Shown: in pieces, positions 9,446-20,663 of the stretch | Position numbering within the stretch: the first letter of the stretch is position 1 | Layout: each line of letters starts with the position of its first letter | Assembly (NCBI GenBank): GCA_965237905.1 | Contig: OZ250172.1 | Location: 96,001 to 160,000, forward strand | DNA length: 64,000 bases | Source: Nitrospinaceae bacterium | Lineage (GTDB): Bacteria > Nitrospinota > Nitrospinia > Nitrospinales > Nitrospinaceae | Direction of reading: 5' to 3' | The notes under the pieces: generated by a model | Databases searched by the model: none | Seen by the model: only the letters and a program-made list of their open reading frames with translations | What the model was told of the DNA's origin: nothing | Translations under genes and position numbers: made by a program

Positions 9446-10699
9446 TTGTCACTCTTATCAGATTTCGATCCGGATATCTCAAATGCCATCAAGGGGGAAA
9501 TCGAGCGGGAAAACTTTACCTTGGAGATGATCGCTTCCGAAAATTTTGTCAGCCCTCAGGTGTTGGAAGCTCTGGGTTCGGTGATGACCAATAAATATGC
9601 CGAAGGGTATCCCAACAAGCGTTACTATGGCGGGTGCCGTTACGTTGACGTGGCCGAGCAGTTGGCCATTGACCGGGCCAAACAAATCTTCGAGGCCGAG
9701 CACGCCAACGTGCAACCTCATTCCGGTTCGCAGGCCAATATGGCGGTTTATCATGCGGCCCTGCAACACGGCGATACGATTCTCGGCATGAACCTGTCGC
9801 ACGGCGGCCACCTCACGCATGGTTCGCCGGTGAATTTTTCCGGTTACAGCTACAAGGTCTTCCAATACGGAGTCAACAAAGATACCGAATTGATCGATTA
9901 CGACGAAGTGGAGCGATTGGCCAAGGAACACAAGCCAAAGATGATCGTGGTCGGCGCCAGTGCCTATCCCCGTGTCATCGACGCCAAACGGTTTCGCGAC
10001 ATCGCCGACGAAGTCGGCGCGAAAATCATGACGGATATCGCCCACCCCGCCGGCCTGATCGCGGCCAAGCTGTATCCCTCACCCGTACCCTATTCGGAAT
10101 TCGTCACCACCACCACGCACAAAACCCTTCGCGGCCCGCGCGGTGGGATGATCCTATGCCGGGATGAATTCGCCAAGGAAGTGAACAAGAAAATATTTCC
10201 CGGTATCCAGGGCGGACCTCTCATGCATGTGATCGCCGCCAAAGCGGTGGCCTTTAAGGAAGCGCTCAATCCGGATTTCGTCGAGTATCAAAAGCAGGTC
10301 ATCAAAAACGCGCAATGCCTCGCGGACCTTCTAAAGGATGGCGGTTATAAAGTGGTCAGTGGCGGCACGGATACCCACTTGATTCTGGTCGATTTAACCC
10401 GCCAGGACATTACCGGGAAAGCGGCCGAAGAAGCACTCGATTTGGCCGGTATCACCGTCAACAAAAATACCGTCCCCTTTGAAACCCGGAGTCCCTTTGT
10501 CACCTCCGGTATCCGGATCGGCACTCCGGCCCTCACCACCCGGGGCATGAAAGAGAAGGAAATGAAACAGATCGGGGAAATGATGATCGGCGTTTTAGAA
10601 CGGATCGAGGACAAGGAATTCATCGAGCAAACCCGCCTGAAGGTACGGGAATTGTGTGAGCAGTTTCCCTTTCACATGGAAATGGCTGACAAATACTGA
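9446..10699 (+). CDS. glyA: Serine hydroxymethyltransferase
   Basis: [39 protein letters not shown] start. Confidence 0.98.
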   Translation: MSLLSDFDPDISNAIKGEIERENFTLEMIASENFVSPQVLEALGSVMTNKYAEGYPNKRYYGGCRYVDVAEQLAIDRAKQIFEAEHANVQPHSGSQANMAVYHAALQHGDTILGMNLSHGGHLTHGSPVNFSGYSYKVFQYGVNKDTELIDYDEVERLAKEHKPKMIVVGASAYPRVIDAKRFRDIADEVGAKIMTDIAHPAGLIAAKLYPSPVPYSEFVTTTTHKTLRGPRGGMILCRDEFAKEVNKKIFPGIQGGPLMHVIAAKAVAFKEALNPDFVEYQKQVIKNAQCLADLLKDGGYKVVSGGTDTHLILVDLTRQDITGKAAEEALDLAGITVNKNTVPFETRSPFVTSGIRIGTPALTTRGMKEKEMKQIGEMMIGVLERIEDKEFIEQTRLKVRELCEQFPFHMEMADKY

Positions 10700-10705
10700 T
10701 CCCCT

Positions 10706-11167
10706 ATGAAATGTCCCAGTTGCTCGAACATGGAAAACAAAGTGGTGGACTCCCGTACCAACCGGGATGGCGACTTGACCCGTCGCCGTCGTGAATGCCT
10801 GAGCTGCGGCGAACGATTCACCACTTATGAACGTATCGAGAAAACACCACTTCTCATCGTCAAGCAGGATGGGCGGCGCGAGGAATTCAATCGCAGTAAG
10901 ATATTATCCGGAGTGCAGAAAGCCTGCCAGAAACGGCCGGTCAGTGCCGAGCAGATGGAAAACCTGGTCGACGCAATCGAGCGTTATTTCCAGGAAGCTG
11001 GTGAAAAGGAGATATCAGCAGTTACGGTGGGCGAAAAGGTGGTCAAGGAACTGTACAATCTGGACAGCGTCGCCTACGTCCGGTTTGCTTCCGTTTACCG
11101 AGATTTCAAGGACGTCAACGAATTCATGGCGGAACTCAAAGGCATCATCAAAAATAAAGATCATTGA
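10706..11167 (+). CDS. nrdR: Transcriptional repressor NrdR
   Basis: MKCPSC...[20 protein letters not shown]-cone, [10 protein letters not shown]. Confidence 0.97.
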   Translation: MKCPSCSNMENKVVDSRTNRDGDLTRRRRECLSCGERFTTYERIEKTPLLIVKQDGRREEFNRSKILSGVQKACQKRPVSAEQMENLVDAIERYFQEAGEKEISAVTVGEKVVKELYNLDSVAYVRFASVYRDFKDVNEFMAELKGIIKNKDH

Positions 11168-11326
11168 GCCGCGGCCTATCAGCGCATTATCCAGTCCTCC
11201 TCCTGGTTCCTAAACCACCCCTAACTTATTCAATTTTAAGCCCTTTCTTTCCTAAGTCATTGAACATCCAAGGTTAAAGTGATAGCATATCCAGTCCTTT
11301 AACCGCATTCAGTTTTTTGAAAATCG

Positions 11327-12118
11327 ATGAAAATCATTACCTTTAATATTGCGATGATCAGTTATTTGCTGGCATCATTGGAATATTTTATTTATCTCGT
11401 TTACCGGAAACCGGGGGTCTCGACGCTGGCGACGGGGACCGTGGTGGTCGGGTTGCTATCGCATACGGTGATCATCGGGCTTCGTTCCCAGGAAACGGGG
11501 CATGGACCCTACACCACTTCCTTCGAAGTAGCTGTTTTCCTGTCGTGGCTGGTGGTGGTCGTTTATTGTTTCACCCATTGGCGATACAAGATCAAGGACC
11601 TGGGATCGTTCGTCATCCCGGTAGCCTTTTTGATCCTGCTGTACGCCACTTTTTTGTCGAAGGAAGTTGTGAATTTTCCGGAATCGGAGTTCCGGATTTT
11701 GTTGACCCTGCACCGAACATTATCCATTATCGGATTCGCCGCTTTTGCGATTGCGTTTGGGCTTGGGGTCATGTATTTAATTCAAGAAAAACAGGTCAAA
11801 TCGAAAAAACTCGGTATGATGTATTTCCGGATGCCTTCGCTGGAATCTTTGGATAACTTGATCTATAAAGCGGTGGCCGTCGGGTTTCCCTTATTCACGA
11901 TGGGGTTTTTGACGGGGTCCATCTGGAATATCAAGATGAGCCAGTCGTCACTGTTTTCTCTGGATCTGGTTGCCATCTGGCCTTTGGTTATCGGCTGGAT
12001 TTTATACGGTTTGGTATTTTTCGGACGGTACCGAATGGGATGGCGCGGTAAAAAAGTCGCCCAAGGTTCGGTGATCGGTTTTGTTACTGTTATATTAAGT
12101 ATTCTTTTACACGTTTAA
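11327..12118 (+). CDS. CcsA/HemX-like cytochrome c assembly membrane protein
   Basis: Eight TM segments; PSLESLD, GFPLFT, GWRGKK; directly upstream of hemA. Confidence 0.85.
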   Translation: MKIITFNIAMISYLLASLEYFIYLVYRKPGVSTLATGTVVVGLLSHTVIIGLRSQETGHGPYTTSFEVAVFLSWLVVVVYCFTHWRYKIKDLGSFVIPVAFLILLYATFLSKEVVNFPESEFRILLTLHRTLSIIGFAAFAIAFGLGVMYLIQEKQVKSKKLGMMYFRMPSLESLDNLIYKAVAVGFPLFTMGFLTGSIWNIKMSQSSLFSLDLVAIWPLVIGWILYGLVFFGRYRMGWRGKKVAQGSVIGFVTVILSILLHV

Positions 12119-12120
12119 TT

Positions 12121-13395
12121 ATGGCTGAATCCAATCTAGTCATCGTAGGGGTCAATCACAAAACCACACCGGTGGAATTGCGGGAAAAACTCGCGTTCAC
12201 CCAGGGGAATATCGAGGAGTCGACGGAAAAACTCGGGGGTTTTCCGGAAATCGACGAGAACCTCATTATTTCCACCTGCAATCGTGTGGAAATCTATGCC
12301 CGCGTGAACGATGTCGACAAGGGAATCGATCGTCTGAAGAAGTTTATCTGCGACTTCCACCTGATTCCCTACAATATGTTGGACAAGCATTTTTACGCGT
12401 TTCGGGAAGAGGAGACGGTGCAACATCTGTTCCGTGTGTCCGCCAGTCTCGATTCCATGGTGGTCGGGGAGTCGCAGATTCTGGGGCAGGTGAAAGACGC
12501 GTACAGCCTGGCCAAATCCCTGCAGACCACCGGTCTTATCCTGAACCAACTGTTCGAAAAAGCCTTCAGCGTGGCCAAAAAGATTCGGGAGGAAACCGGT
12601 ATTGCCGAAAGCGCGGTTTCCATCAGTTCGGCGGCGGTGGAACTGGCCCGGAAAATCTTTGAGGACCTGGAGAACCACACCGTCATGCTGGTCGGCACCG
12701 GCGAAATGGCGGAACTGGCGGCCAAGCATCTGATCTCCTACGGCGTCAAAACCGTGTACGTCGCCAGCCGGACTTATGAACGAGCCACCGCTCTGGCGAA
12801 AACCCTGAACGGCAGTGCGTTGGATTTCGAGCATTTTAAAACCGAATTGCACAAGGCCGATATCGTCATCAGTTCAACCGCCGCGCCCAAATTTATCATC
12901 ACCAAGGAAATCGTTGAGTCCGCTATCCATCAACGGAAAAACCGGCCCATGTTTTTTATTGATATCGCGGTCCCGCGGGATATCGAACCGGAGGTGAATG
13001 ATCTTGAAAACGTTTATTTATATGATATCGATGATCTGCAAAGTGTGGTGAATGCCAACCTTCAGGAACGGGAAAAAGAAGCGGAACTGGCCATGGGTAT
13101 TATTCAGACGGAAGTCAGCAAGTTTAATAATTGGGTGGACTCGCTGGATGCCATACCGACCATCGTTGAGTTGAGAAAACGTGCGGAAGCGGTCCGGATG
13201 CAGGAAATCGAAAAAACCCTCAAGAAAATGACGCATCTCTCGGACGAAGACAGAAACAATCTTCATCAAATGACCTCATCCATCATCAATAAAATTCTCC
13301 ACAAACCCACCGTCAACCTCAAGAAGAAAACCCAAACCACCGAAGGCCGAACTTACCTGAAGGCCATCCGCGACCTGTTTCATCTGGACGACTGA
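12121..13395 (+). CDS. hemA: Glutamyl-tRNA reductase
   Basis: STCNRVE, SLDSMVVGESQILGQVK, GTGEM, DIAVPRD. Confidence 0.98.
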   Translation: MAESNLVIVGVNHKTTPVELREKLAFTQGNIEESTEKLGGFPEIDENLIISTCNRVEIYARVNDVDKGIDRLKKFICDFHLIPYNMLDKHFYAFREEETVQHLFRVSASLDSMVVGESQILGQVKDAYSLAKSLQTTGLILNQLFEKAFSVAKKIREETGIAESAVSISSAAVELARKIFEDLENHTVMLVGTGEMAELAAKHLISYGVKTVYVASRTYERATALAKTLNGSALDFEHFKTELHKADIVISSTAAPKFIITKEIVESAIHQRKNRPMFFIDIAVPRDIEPEVNDLENVYLYDIDDLQSVVNANLQEREKEAELAMGIIQTEVSKFNNWVDSLDAIPTIVELRKRAEAVRMQEIEKTLKKMTHLSDEDRNNLHQMTSSIINKILHKPTVNLKKKTQTTEGRTYLKAIRDLFHLDD

Positions 13396-14334
13396 ATGGC
13401 GGATACTTTTTCCAAAAAAATCACCATCGGAACGCGTGGCAGCCCGCTGGCTCTCTGGCAGGCGCACTGGATCAAATCCCAGCTTGAGGCTCTGCATGGC
13501 GATTTGACCGTTGAACTGGTCAAAATCAAAACCTCCGGCGACAAAATTCAGGATGTTCCTCTCGCCAAGGTGGGAGGCAAGGGGCTCTTCACCAAGGAAA
13601 TCGAGGAGAGCATGTTGCGCTATGAAACCGATATAGCGGTCCACAGCATGAAAGATGTTCCCGTTCAATTTCCTCCCAGCCTGACGTTATCGGTCGTGAC
13701 CGAACGGGAAGACCCGCGTGACGTTTTGATTTCCAGGAAAGATTTGAAACTGGATGATCTGCCGAAAGGCGCCAAAGTAGGAACCGGAAGTTTTCGGAGA
13801 ACCACCCAACTCCTGCATTACCGCCCGGACCTGGAAGTGATTCCCATGCGTGGCAATCTGGAAACCCGCCTGAACAAACTTGAGTCGGAAGGGTTGGATG
13901 CCATCATTCTCGCCGCCGCAGGACTGATACGCCTGGACATGGCGGACCGCATCACGGAATACATCGAACCCGAAATCATGCTGCCGGGAGGAGGGCAGGG
14001 GGCCGTCGGCATCGAGTCCCGGAAGGAAGACCTGCGTGTTATGACTCGAATATTTCCGCTGGACCATGAGGAGTCGCACAGAGCTCTGGAAGCCGAGCGA
14101 GGATTTTTAACCCGGTTGGAAGGCGGTTGTCAGGTGCCCATCGGAGTCTATGCGACGATCGAAGGTGAAACCTTGCACCTTCGCGGTCTGGTGGGAAGCC
14201 TGGATGGCAAGCAGATACTAAAAGCCGAAAGAAAGGGATCCGTGGAAGACCCGGAGGTGATTGGATTTCAACTGGCAGGCGAAATTCTGGGAATGGGTGC
14301 GGACAAGATATTGAAGGAAGTTTACGGGACTTAA
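13396..14334 (+). CDS. hemC: Hydroxymethylbilane synthase
   Basis: GTRGSPLALWQA, GKGLFTKE, VHSMKD, RGN, LEGGCQVP. Confidence 0.98.
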   Translation: MADTFSKKITIGTRGSPLALWQAHWIKSQLEALHGDLTVELVKIKTSGDKIQDVPLAKVGGKGLFTKEIEESMLRYETDIAVHSMKDVPVQFPPSLTLSVVTEREDPRDVLISRKDLKLDDLPKGAKVGTGSFRRTTQLLHYRPDLEVIPMRGNLETRLNKLESEGLDAIILAAAGLIRLDMADRITEYIEPEIMLPGGGQGAVGIESRKEDLRVMTRIFPLDHEESHRALEAERGFLTRLEGGCQVPIGVYATIEGETLHLRGLVGSLDGKQILKAERKGSVEDPEVIGFQLAGEILGMGADKILKEVYGT

Positions 14335-14380
14335 AGTATCACTTTAGGTGACAGGCATTAACTCCTTCCTGAATGAAAAT

Positions 14381-15649
14381 TTAAAGCCAAATCTCTTCCG
14401 GATGATCCAGCCGCTCCTGTGCCAGTTTTTGAGCCTCTTCCCGGAAGATTCGATCGCCTTCCTTTTGCTCACTCAGCCGCCCCATCAAAGTCCGAATGTT
14501 ACTGGATACCGTATTGTAGACCAACTGCTCCGTATACGTTTTCCCATCTTCTCCCTGTGAAAGCACTTGCTCCCGGTACGGCCTATCCATTGTCATTTTG
14601 AGTTCCACCGCGCATCCCATCACTCCGCCGACATTAACGATGAAATCTGAATAGGAAACGATTCCTCGCCGGTTTTGCAGATAGTACTCCGTCATTTTAT
14701 TACTGGGCGTGTTGGCTCCCTGGAAGATTTTTCGGCATTGAATGCGGTCGGCATTGCGCGCGGTGATGGCATCGGGCCGGGCGGCGGGAACTAAAATGTC
14801 GCAGGGCGCTTCCAACAGCCAGCCAATTTGATCCGGGCCAAAGCGTTTTTCTACTTGTCCGGAATAGTTGGATATTCCCCCGGGCTCGCGGCGAATGGAA
14901 TTCAATTCGTCAACATTCAACCCGCGCGGATGCCACAAGGCGCCGTGAATATCGGACGCCCCGGTGATCACCGCTCCCACATCGTTGAGTTTGGAGGCGG
15001 TCACGGAACCCACGTTGCCATATCCCTGAATGACCACTTGTGCGCCCTTGAGCTTAAAGTCCGATTCCAATTCCTCTACGGTGCGGATGGCGGCGAACAA
15101 GCTGTGAGCGGTCAGGCCCCATTCATCGATGGGGATGCCGCCTTTGTCGGGAGGACGCGATGCCCCGCCGCGCATATGTTGATGGGTTCCCAATTGTTCG
15201 GAATAATGTTCGTAGATTTGCTGAATGTCCGTTTCATCCGTCCCCATGTCCGGCGCCGGGATATAGCGCTCTACAGAAAATAAGGCCTCTGCGAAGAGGC
15301 CAATCAAATCTCGCTTCATGCCGGGATTCAGGGCCATCATCACCGGGTCGCATACGATGCCGGCCTTGCCGCCGCCGAAGGGCAGGTTGGCGGCGCTGTT
15401 TTTGAGGGTCATTGCCCGGGCCAGCCGGCGCACTTCGCCGAGGGTCACGTCCGTGGCCATGCGGATACCGCCGAGACCGGGACCGCGCCGGGTGTCATCC
15501 ACCACCACAAATCCCCAGATGTTTCCGGTAGCCGGGTCCACCACGCGAATCAATTGTTCGGGTGTGCGGTCATCGGACGCGGCAAACCGGTTCGTTTCGT
15601 CTCTGGCGTTACACGGCTCAAGCACGAATTTCTTTGGGAGTTGAGTCAC
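14381..15649 (-). CDS. Glu/Leu/Phe/Val dehydrogenase family protein
   Basis: GPGLGGIR, MTLKN, GGGKAG, APDMGT, IQGYGNVG, GANTP. Confidence 0.9.
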   Translation of the reverse strand: MTQLPKKFVLEPCNARDETNRFAASDDRTPEQLIRVVDPATGNIWGFVVVDDTRRGPGLGGIRMATDVTLGEVRRLARAMTLKNSAANLPFGGGKAGIVCDPVMMALNPGMKRDLIGLFAEALFSVERYIPAPDMGTDETDIQQIYEHYSEQLGTHQHMRGGASRPPDKGGIPIDEWGLTAHSLFAAIRTVEELESDFKLKGAQVVIQGYGNVGSVTASKLNDVGAVITGASDIHGALWHPRGLNVDELNSIRREPGGISNYSGQVEKRFGPDQIGWLLEAPCDILVPAARPDAITARNADRIQCRKIFQGANTPSNKMTEYYLQNRRGIVSYSDFIVNVGGVMGCAVELKMTMDRPYREQVLSQGEDGKTYTEQLVYNTVSSNIRTLMGRLSEQKEGDRIFREEAQKLAQERLDHPEEIWL

Positions 15650-15665
15650 GGTTGAAGTTTTCTGG

Positions 15666-16535
15666 TTACTTCAGTTTTTGGACATCGGCGATCCAGGGTT
15701 CGTACCGCTTGCCATAGTTCAGGATCACCTGGTATCGCGGTTCCAGGTCCGACAGGGGTTTGTCCCTGGGTAGGTAAGTCACGGTATGGGTTTTTATATC
15801 AGAAATAAAGAAAGATCGGTAGTCGCTGTTCACATGAATTTTCGGAATGGGAATTTCATGAATCCAGCCATACAAAGAATTTTTGGATGATTTGGACTCA
15901 CCTTTTCCTCTGAACGAAATACGAAACACGGCCGGTGTAATAATATATTTGGATCGATCCGAATATTGTTTTCTCAATGCCTCGGCATCCCGCCCGGCAT
16001 TGATGGCGAATAGATGACTTCGGGTGGTCAATTTCTCTTGGATGAGCCTGATCTCGTATTCGAGATTTATCTTTTTATCCGAATTTTTTTCTCCCAATAA
16101 TTTCTGCTGGACTTCCTCGATTTGTATCCTGGCTTCCTTCAACCAATTCTGATAAGCGTCCCCGTCAAATTCCAGGACCACATAGCCTTGTCTCGGCAAT
16201 TGGCGTCTGTAATAGCGGTGTGCTTTTTTACCATCCAGAGGATAACTGGTATCAAAACCCAACTCTTCGAGTCTTTGCTGATTCAACCAGGTATCCTCCC
16301 TGTGTGCATTATTGTAATAATTGTAATAGCCAGGCATATTCCATTTGAGGGTCAGGTCCAGACCCGTATCCTCCATGTCCATACTCCTCCAGCCATTATG
16401 CCAATTGAGTTCCCTTTCGGTTAGTGTGACGGTAGCGTCGGGCTCGCCGGAACGGTTATAGGCCACGCCTGCAAGCACCACCACGTTGGTCAATACGATC
16501 AACGCTATTGTTGAAATTAAGCCATATTTTTTCAT
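15666..16535 (-). CDS. DUF4824-family membrane-anchored protein
   Basis: Start reassigned to ATG at 16535 (ATGA overlap with upstream stop, GGAGG RBS); LTNVVVLAGVAYNRSG...LTEREL; C-terminal YGKRYEPWI. Confidence 0.7.
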   Translation of the reverse strand: MKKYGLISTIALIVLTNVVVLAGVAYNRSGEPDATVTLTERELNWHNGWRSMDMEDTGLDLTLKWNMPGYYNYYNNAHREDTWLNQQRLEELGFDTSYPLDGKKAHRYYRRQLPRQGYVVLEFDGDAYQNWLKEARIQIEEVQQKLLGEKNSDKKINLEYEIRLIQEKLTTRSHLFAINAGRDAEALRKQYSDRSKYIITPAVFRISFRGKGESKSSKNSLYGWIHEIPIPKIHVNSDYRSFFISDIKTHTVTYLPRDKPLSDLEPRYQVILNYGKRYEPWIADVQKLK

Positions 16536-17602
16536 GCGCCAGCCTCCTTTAAACGGTTGCGCATCTTTTTGAAGCTCGCTAGCAAGCCGAGAGAAATCAC
16601 GCTGAGGATGAAAAAGAAAAGATATTTGGGCAGGAAATCCCACCACCAGTCGAAAAATTTGGTGTACAGAAAAATCGTGAAAAAAGTAGCACCGATATTG
16701 GTAACGCCGGTGTAATGAAAACGAATACCCATCCAGATCACTATTCCAGCGCAAACCAATCCCAGCGTCTGGTAGATGATTTCAAGCGTGTCATTCTCCA
16801 TTAACGAATAACTGCAACGTCCACAATGGCCCATAACAAGAAGCGCAATGAAAATCGATAGCAAGCCCACCAGATGGTAAAACCAGGGGAAATTGTAATA
16901 TTGCCGGTGTTTGAAAATATGAGGCAGGCTCACCATGATGGCTCCGGCAATGATGAAATTTTCCGGCCGCTCGCCGAACGAAAGCCAATAGAGACCCGAT
17001 ATCGTTCCCACCGTCGCCGCAAGGTAGGCGAGGATGCACAGTAATCCGGCCATTAATATCAGTCGCAGTCCTAAGTGATAGGCCACCATGAGCGCCATCA
17101 ACCCCCAAATTAAAAATGCTTTTGGGGAAGGGGTGATGTTGAAAATGGTTCCCAGAACGCTGAGGTTCATCACAAAGCACACGAAGGCCAGTAACCCCGC
17201 GAGCGTGGCATAATAAAGCGTCTTTTCTTTTCCGGCCGCGAATTTCATTCCCAGCAGAGCCAGCAGGGGAGTGACTATCAATATTCCGATTTGCACCCAG
17301 GTGGGGATCAATCCCCAGAACCGGTAAAAGAAGAAAAAGACACTGGCACACAGGGCCAATCCTCCCAGGAACGTGAGAATGCGCATGCCCCAGGAAAGCT
17401 TTTTCTCGGTAACTGAGGAATCGGTATCAAACCGATTACTGAAATCGTCAATCAGGCGGGAATGATACTGGGAGACCGAACTTTGATCCTCTTGGGATAT
17501 TTCAACAATTCCCTCGGACTTGAGAGCCGCCATCTCCTTTTGGAACGCGTGGATCCGGTCAATCCGCTGTTGTGCCTGTTCTCTATTGGGAGGATGTTCC
17601 AT
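16532..17602 (-). CDS. DUF2157-family membrane protein
   Basis: About ten TM segments; AQQRIDRI N-terminus; KFFDWWWDFLPKYLFF; translationally coupled to the DUF4824-like gene. Confidence 0.7.
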   Translation of the reverse strand: MEHPPNREQAQQRIDRIHAFQKEMAALKSEGIVEISQEDQSSVSQYHSRLIDDFSNRFDTDSSVTEKKLSWGMRILTFLGGLALCASVFFFFYRFWGLIPTWVQIGILIVTPLLALLGMKFAAGKEKTLYYATLAGLLAFVCFVMNLSVLGTIFNITPSPKAFLIWGLMALMVAYHLGLRLILMAGLLCILAYLAATVGTISGLYWLSFGERPENFIIAGAIMVSLPHIFKHRQYYNFPWFYHLVGLLSIFIALLVMGHCGRCSYSLMENDTLEIIYQTLGLVCAGIVIWMGIRFHYTGVTNIGATFFTIFLYTKFFDWWWDFLPKYLFFFILSVISLGLLASFKKMRNRLKEAGA

Positions 17603-17680
17603 ACTTGTTAGTATAAGACATGGATGGCACAAGCCAAGGATTTATGATACTTTGTAAGATATTGTTTAATTAAGGATTAT

Positions 17681-18523
17681 ATGACGCAAATCAACTCCCT
17701 CAAAGCTGAAGAAATCGATGGACTGGTAAAACTGGCTCTGGCGGAAGATCTCGGTTCCGGTGACATCACCACCGACGGCATTTTGGTTCAGGATGACGTC
17801 GCTACCGCAGTGGTGACAGCGAAGGAATTCCTGGTTGTGTGCGGATTGGACATTTTTCGGAGAGTTTTTTTGCATTTGGATGCCGGTACTAAATTTCCCG
17901 GATCGACGCTAAAAGATGGATCGGAGATTGCGGCTCATACGGAGATCATTCAGGTCAAAGCCAAAACCTCCGCCCTGCTCAAGGGAGAAAGAACAGCCCT
18001 CAACATCGTACAGCGCTTAAGCGGGATTGCCACCCTGACGCGGAAATTCGTGGATGCCGCTCAACCGGTGACCATTCTGGATACCCGAAAAACCACCCCC
18101 GGTCTCCGGGTTTTTGAGAAATATGCGGTCCATTGCGGAGGTGGGACCAATCATCGGTTCGGACTGTTCGATGCCGTTTTGATCAAGGATAACCATATTA
18201 AAATAGCTGGAGGGATCACCTCTGCAATCAACAGGATACGAAATCAGTTCTCAGGTAAAATCGAGGTAGAAACCGTAAATCTGGACGAAGTCTGGGAAGC
18301 CTTGGAAATGGGTGCGGACATCATTATGTTGGATAATATGGCGCCTGAGACCGTTAAAAAAGCCGTGGCACTGATAGATGGAAAGTCGAAAATCGAGGTT
18401 TCCGGATCTATGGAGCTTGAAGGACTGAGCCGGTTCAACCAGTTGGGAATAGACACCATTTCGGTAGGGGCTCTGACCCACTCGGCGCGGGCGGTGGATA
18501 TCAGCATGAATATCCGGACCTGA
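17681..18523 (+). CDS. nadC: Nicotinate-nucleotide diphosphorylase (carboxylating)
   Basis: ED...GDITT, ERTALN, DTRKTTPG, HRFGL, IKDNH, MLDN, GALTHSA. Confidence 0.97.
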   Translation: MTQINSLKAEEIDGLVKLALAEDLGSGDITTDGILVQDDVATAVVTAKEFLVVCGLDIFRRVFLHLDAGTKFPGSTLKDGSEIAAHTEIIQVKAKTSALLKGERTALNIVQRLSGIATLTRKFVDAAQPVTILDTRKTTPGLRVFEKYAVHCGGGTNHRFGLFDAVLIKDNHIKIAGGITSAINRIRNQFSGKIEVETVNLDEVWEALEMGADIIMLDNMAPETVKKAVALIDGKSKIEVSGSMELEGLSRFNQLGIDTISVGALTHSARAVDISMNIRT

Positions 18524-18543
18524 CGCGAAACAGCAAAACCCTG

Positions 18544-18568
18544 ACACCCCGGAGGCTTTCCGGGTGTA
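18544..18568 (+). terminator. Hairpin after nadC (weak terminator candidate)
   Basis: ACACCCCGGAGG-CTTTCCGGGTGT imperfect stem; no strong U-tract. Confidence 0.35.
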
Positions 18569-18604
18569 TACTGACGGCTCTGGAATAATGGAAAAGGAAA
18601 GCAC

Positions 18605-19033
18605 ATGCCCTGCAAAGATACGACAGCTTTGATGACGGTCCGGGTGGATCACCATGATTTTTTGATCGGTTACGATTACGCCAAAATATCGTGCTCCAAA
18701 GCCATTGGGGACGGTCAGAGTTTTCAGCAATACTGCGAGGGAAAACCTATTCAGCAAATTCTCGACTGGGAGTTTTTCCAAATTCTCCAGGATTTGCAAT
18801 TGCCGGAAGAGGATACTGAAAACCAGTTTTTAGTTTATCTGGAATGGTCGGCCCTCCGGTCCGCCTTGATCCAATACCTGGGCCGGGAGGATGATGTGGA
18901 TACCGAACACTTTGAAGTGGCCTCCGTGGAGTACAACGATCAGGAAGTCCAGATCATTCAGGTGATCCGCCCCAATACCGATCTACCCAAGATCCAATCC
19001 TGCTTCAAGCGATCCCGCGAAGTTCCCGGTTAA
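18605..19033 (+). CDS. Hypothetical acidic protein
   Basis: AAGGA RBS; 142 aa; typical codon usage. Confidence 0.65.
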   Translation: MPCKDTTALMTVRVDHHDFLIGYDYAKISCSKAIGDGQSFQQYCEGKPIQQILDWEFFQILQDLQLPEEDTENQFLVYLEWSALRSALIQYLGREDDVDTEHFEVASVEYNDQEVQIIQVIRPNTDLPKIQSCFKRSREVPG

Positions 19034-19458
19034 TCTTCAGGCCATAAACGTACCGGCCGGACATACCCCTGCGAAAAATCCTGATCGTAATTCTGAGAAA
19101 CTCCGCTTTGATAAGAAAAATAAAATGCCGCCTGCTGATCGAACGGCAGGCACCAGGAAGCGTTTCCGCATTTGGGTTCAAATAAGGGGGATATATTGAG
19201 AACCTGGTTCGACCGACCCACCAACTCCAATTCTGGGGAAAATAAACTTTCAATCTCTTCTCTTTCCGCCATTCTCCAGTCGTGAAATCCCAGATAGTCA
19301 TCCTTGTTTAATTTATCGATGAAAGCCAGAGCCTCCTGGAAATCCATCCAGTCCTGTTCAATTTGAAATGAATCCTTCTTGCACCAGGCCAGGCCGGTTT
19401 TATGATCCTGAATCGTGCCGTCACCATTATCTGTAAATTGATTTTGCTGGTTCATCAA
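19030..19458 (-). CDS. DUF1566 (Lcl C-terminal) domain protein
   Basis: FTDNGDGTIQDHKTGLAW, GFHDWRM, VRPVR. Confidence 0.85.
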   Translation of the reverse strand: MMNQQNQFTDNGDGTIQDHKTGLAWCKKDSFQIEQDWMDFQEALAFIDKLNKDDYLGFHDWRMAEREEIESLFSPELELVGRSNQVLNISPLFEPKCGNASWCLPFDQQAAFYFSYQSGVSQNYDQDFSQGYVRPVRLWPED

Positions 19459-19680
19459 TTGCCACCTTTTGAATTGGACTTATGCCGCTTTAGAGCCCTA
19501 TAAACTATCGCATTAGAAAAAAATTGTGAAGATAAATTTTCAAGGGTGAGCCTGCCCGATAATTGGACTGGACGAGTTGAGAGGAATCTTATACAGTATG
19601 GCCTTCCATTTACAGAACCAGGCGTTTATCCAGTTTAAATAATTGTTTCGAGTTATATATTCGGTAGAAAAGGTGAGGCG

Positions 19681-20223
19681 ATGCGGGGAAATAAGGCACT
19701 TTTAAAGATCGGGTTGGTCGGACTGTTTCTGAGTCCGGCCATTGCTCAAGCTTCCTGTGGAGAAGAGATCATCCCCTTGAACCTTTATGAAGATATATCC
19801 CTGTATTCGCTGATTGCCGGATTCGTTTTGGTTTTCGCTGCTATTTTCCTGGAAAAGAAACAGGTTAAATTGGGTTTGGGTGTAGCGGCAGTGTTGCCCT
19901 TTTTAGCCTGGGGTTATGTCAACTTTTTGGTGGATTACGACAAAATCCGGAAAACGATTTTTAATTATAACGTGCAGGCGGAAGCGACTCTGGCCAACAT
20001 CGCGGAAGCGCAGGAGAGGTATCAATCCGAACAAGGCAACTTTATCACCGACCTCAAGGTTCTCGAGTCGCATCTTGCCGGAGCGCATGGTATGGACGAG
20101 TGCGTACGGATTGTTGAGTTGAACGCTTCTTTCGAACACTGGTCGGCGGTGGCCCAGCATTACTCCAGCCCCGATACGGTGCGATGGGACAGCATCAGCG
20201 GCAGTTCGTTGAAAAAGGGATAG
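19681..20223 (+). CDS. Hypothetical membrane protein with pilin-like C-terminal domain
   Basis: Signal peptide (AQA), two TM helices, then AEATLANIAEAQERYQSEQGNF resembling a pilin alpha1-C helix. Confidence 0.6.
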   Translation: MRGNKALLKIGLVGLFLSPAIAQASCGEEIIPLNLYEDISLYSLIAGFVLVFAAIFLEKKQVKLGLGVAAVLPFLAWGYVNFLVDYDKIRKTIFNYNVQAEATLANIAEAQERYQSEQGNFITDLKVLESHLAGAHGMDECVRIVELNASFEHWSAVAQHYSSPDTVRWDSISGSSLKKG

Positions 20224-20247
20224 AGACTTTTTGGAAAGGGTAGGGTT

Positions 20248-20640
20248 TTATCCTATGTTCCAGTTGCTGACGATTCCGCTCAAAGAGACCATACCCACCA
20301 CTTGATTACTTTCAATCACCATCGCGTAGGAAACATTGAAGTTGGTCAACAGCCGTGCGGCATAGGGCACCGGCATACTTGCGGGGACTGACAACACCGG
20401 CTTGGACATGATTTCATAAACGTGGGTTTCGTGGAGTTTGCGTCTTTGCGAAATAACTTTGCGGGCGATATCTTTGAGGGTCAGGATGCCAAACACATCG
20501 GATTCATCCCGGGGCTCGATCAACATGGCGTTGAGATTTCCCTCTTTCATCATTTTGAGAGCCTCCGCAACCCGGGTGACGCCGTCGATTTTTTTAAAAT
20601 TAGGCATCATGACCTGGCTGACCAGCCTCGTTTCACTCAT
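20248..20640 (-). CDS. CBS-domain protein
   Basis: Tandem CBS (FGILTLKDI, VYEIMSKPV, VVGMVS). Confidence 0.88.
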   Translation of the reverse strand: MSETRLVSQVMMPNFKKIDGVTRVAEALKMMKEGNLNAMLIEPRDESDVFGILTLKDIARKVISQRRKLHETHVYEIMSKPVLSVPASMPVPYAARLLTNFNVSYAMVIESNQVVGMVSLSGIVSNWNIG

Positions 20641-20663
20641 TCCTTAGACTCCGAATCTCGATC

